From the NCBI GenBank assembly GCA_018241645.1, contig JAFEDL010000076.1, positions 1 to 62,318 on the forward strand: a stretch of 62,318 bases of DNA, in the 5' to 3' direction. Numbering within the stretch: the first letter of the stretch is position 1; every line of letters begins with the position of its first letter. This stretch comes from Pseudomonadota bacterium. Its GTDB lineage: Bacteria > Pseudomonadota > Gammaproteobacteria > Burkholderiales > SG8-39. The position numbers and the translations under genes are program-made. Shown one piece after another: positions 60,286-62,318 of the stretch. Under the pieces are notes generated by a model, which saw only the letters and a program-made list of their open reading frames with translations, was not told the origin of the DNA and made no database searches.

Positions 60286-61617
60286 TTACACCTTGTAGTA
60301 GCGCTGGGCGCGCTTCTCGGCGCGCTCCGCGGCCTCCTTCGGCGACTTCGAGCCGCTGGCGGCCTCGGCCACCATGTTGACCATGACGAAATCGGCCATG
60401 GTCTGCGCGGAGGAGTAGCCCATCGTCCCGGCGTAGCCGTGCGCCTGCATGACCTTCATGGCGTCGCGGTACGGCGTGTGCTTCGGGTCGACCGTCCAGA
60501 TCGGGTTGGACTCGTAGGCCTTGAGCGGCTGCGTGACGTAGCCGATCGCCTGCTGCTGCCAGACCTCGTACTGCTCCTTCTCCATCATGAACTGCAGGAA
60601 GGCCTTGGCCGCCTGCGGGTACTTGGTGTACTTGAAGATCATCTGGTTGAAGAACAGGTTCAGCTCGGTCGCGCGGCCGACCGGGCCGATCGGCATGTTG
60701 GCGTGCTGGATGTCGTCCGCCAGCGCCTTGATCTTCGGGTCGCTCGAGGTCTTGGCCGCGTAGTACACCGAGATGCCGTTGGCGGTCAGGCTGATCTGGC
60801 CGTCGAGGAACGCCTTGTTGTTGTTCGGGTCCAGCCACGACAGCGTGCCCGGCGCGAAGGTCTTGTAAAGCTCCGCCGCGTACTCGAGCGCCTTGATGGT
60901 CTCGGGGCTGTTGATGACCACGTTGTTCTTCGCGTCCACCATCTTGCCGCCGAAGGACCACACCAGCCAGTGGGTCCAGCTGTTGCCGTCGCCGGTGGCA
61001 TTGCCCAGGGCGAAGCCCGGGGGGGTGCCCTTGGCCTTGAGCGCCTTGCACAGCGCGAGGAACCCGTCCATGTCCTTGGGGACCCCGCTGAATCCGGCCG
61101 CCTTGACGTGGCTTTCGCGGTACACGAGGCAGTTGCCGGCACAGCCCAGCGGCAGCGCGATCCAGCGGTTCTTCTGGAACAGGTACTGCTTGCAGACGTC
61201 GTACCAGCCGCCGTACTTGGCGCCGAGATAGTTGGCCACGTCGGTCACGTCGAGCAGCTTGTCGGGGTACAGGTTCGGGTCGTCGAAGGTGCCGAGGATG
61301 ATGTCCGGCCCGCTGCCTACGTTGGCCGCGACCGCGGCTTTCGGGCGCACGTCCTCCCAGCTTTCGTTGTCGACCCGCACTTCCACGCCGGTGGCCTTGG
61401 TGAAGGCCGCGACGTTCTTCATGTACTGGTCCTCGTCGCCCTGCACGAAGCGCTTCCAGCGCAGCACGCGCAGCTTGGCGCCCTTTTCCGGGTTCAGCTT
61501 GAGTGCCGGCGCGCCGCCCTTGGCTTGCGCAACCGCTTCCCCGCCCACGCCCGCAGCGGCGGTACCCGCTGCCACGCCGGCCGATATCTTCAGAAAATCT
61601 CTTCTGTTCGTGCTCAT
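60286..61617 (-). CDS. ABC transporter substrate-binding protein (family 1 sugar-binding type) with twin-arginine signal
   Basis: 443 aa with the N-terminus MSTNRRDFLKISAGVAAGTAAAG, a Tat-like RRxFLK motif. The rest is typical of an extracellular solute-binding protein. Confidence 0.9.
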   Translation of the reverse strand: MSTNRRDFLKISAGVAAGTAAAGVGGEAVAQAKGGAPALKLNPEKGAKLRVLRWKRFVQGDEDQYMKNVAAFTKATGVEVRVDNESWEDVRPKAAVAANVGSGPDIILGTFDDPNLYPDKLLDVTDVANYLGAKYGGWYDVCKQYLFQKNRWIALPLGCAGNCLVYRESHVKAAGFSGVPKDMDGFLALCKALKAKGTPPGFALGNATGDGNSWTHWLVWSFGGKMVDAKNNVVINSPETIKALEYAAELYKTFAPGTLSWLDPNNNKAFLDGQISLTANGISVYYAAKTSSDPKIKALADDIQHANMPIGPVGRATELNLFFNQMIFKYTKYPQAAKAFLQFMMEKEQYEVWQQQAIGYVTQPLKAYESNPIWTVDPKHTPYRDAMKVMQAHGYAGTMGYSSAQTMADFVMVNMVAEAASGSKSPKEAAERAEKRAQRYYKV

Positions 61618-61660
61618 GGTCTCCTCCGTTGGTGACGTAAAACTAAGATGTTGAACGCAA

Positions 61661-62318
61661 TCAGGCGAGCCGTGCGCCGCTCGCCGGGTCGAACAGGAAA
61701 GTCAGTTCCGGCCGCAGGCGGACGGTTTCGCCCGGCCGGAATTCGTGGCGCTCGCGCACCACTGCGTTTACGTCGACCCCGGCGAGCTTGCAGTAGATCT
61801 GGGTGTCCGCTCCGGTGGGTTCGACCACCACGATCTCCACCGGCACGCCGTCGGCGGCCACCGACAGGTGCTCGGGCCGCACGCCGACGATCACGTCACG
61901 CCCGGCCTCGGCCTTGCAGCCCGCGGGCAGCGGCAGGTGGATGTCCGCGCCGACGGCGATGCCGGCGCCGGCCACCTTGCCGGGCAGGAAGTTCATGGCC
62001 GGCGAGCCGATGAACCCGGCGACGAACAGGTTTGCAGGGTTGTCGTAGAGCTCGAGCGGCGACCCGATCTGCTCGGTGACCCCGGCGTTCATGACCACGA
62101 TCTTGTCGGCCATCGTCATGGCCTCGATCTGGTCGTGGGTCACGTAGATCGAGGTGGTCTTCAGCCGCTGGTGCAGGGCCTTGATCTCGGTGCGCATCTG
62201 CACGCGCAGCTTGGCGTCCAGGTTCGACAGCGGCTCGTCGAACAGGAACAGCTGAGCTCGGCGAACGATGGCGCGGCCGATGGCGACCCGCTGGCGCTGG
62301 CCGCCGGAAAGCTGGCGC
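61661..62318 (-). CDS. ABC transporter ATP-binding protein (UgpC/MalK-like), N-terminus outside window
   Basis: The frame is open to the window edge. It has [14 protein letters not shown] (signature), [12 protein letters not shown] (Walker B), VTHDQ (H-loop) and a C-terminal MalK-type regulatory domain. Confidence 0.9.
   Translation of the reverse strand, partial: RQLSGGQRQRVAIGRAIVRRAQLFLFDEPLSNLDAKLRVQMRTEIKALHQRLKTTSIYVTHDQIEAMTMADKIVVMNAGVTEQIGSPLELYDNPANLFVAGFIGSPAMNFLPGKVAGAGIAVGADIHLPLPAGCKAEAGRDVIVGVRPEHLSVAADGVPVEIVVVEPTGADTQIYCKLAGVDVNAVVRERHEFRPGETVRLRPELTFLFDPASGARLA

Overview
This is a high-GC, densely packed chromosomal segment of about 60 protein genes. Many gene pairs have 1-4 bp start/stop overlaps. 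Gene order looks betaproteobacterial (Burkholderiales/Rhodocyclales-like), which is an inference from synteny such as glnA-DUF4124-ntrB-ntrC and a PDH operon whose E3 carries a lipoyl domain. I could not recognise any rRNA, tRNA, CRISPR array, transposase, integrase or phage gene.

Gene blocks:
(1) 1-17.5 kb: LPS core and nucleotide-sugar cluster. It holds rfbB-rfbA-rfbC, a UDP-sugar dehydrogenase, manC, GT2 and GT4 genes, an O-antigen-ligase-like gene, five GT9 heptosyltransferase paralogues, a GT2-FkbM-DUF4254 operon, and waaC-waaA.
(2) 17.5-24.8 kb: a single minus-strand operon of TetR, MFP, RND, Pcm-like, rhodanese and TolC.
(3) 24.9-29.6 kb: TPP riboswitch plus thiC, a Ser/Thr kinase fused to a cyclic-nucleotide-binding domain, uppP, and a rhodanese.
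(4) 29.8-40.4 kb: glnA-DUF4124-ntrB-ntrC, aceB, xthA, a secreted DUF4124/glutaredoxin-like protein, prlC and folD.
(5) 40.6-51.2 kb: aceE-aceF-lpdA-rpiA, phoU, yggX, argA, rsmE and small secreted proteins of unknown function.
(6) 51.4-62.3 kb: one long minus-strand sugar/sugar-acid operon with an ABC importer, an SDR, an IlvD/Edd dehydratase, TRAP DctQM without DctP, a UxaA dehydratase, an RraA-like protein and DUF4189.

I did not find a clear-cut new defence or mobile system. The best candidates for under-described biology are the PKA-like kinase-cNMP fusion abutting uppP, the composite two-transporter/two-dehydratase operon with an orphan TRAP membrane module, and the DUF4254-containing LPS-core operon. 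All functional calls come from reading motifs in the supplied translations, since no database search was possible. The many long ORFs antisense to real genes are treated as high-GC artefacts.
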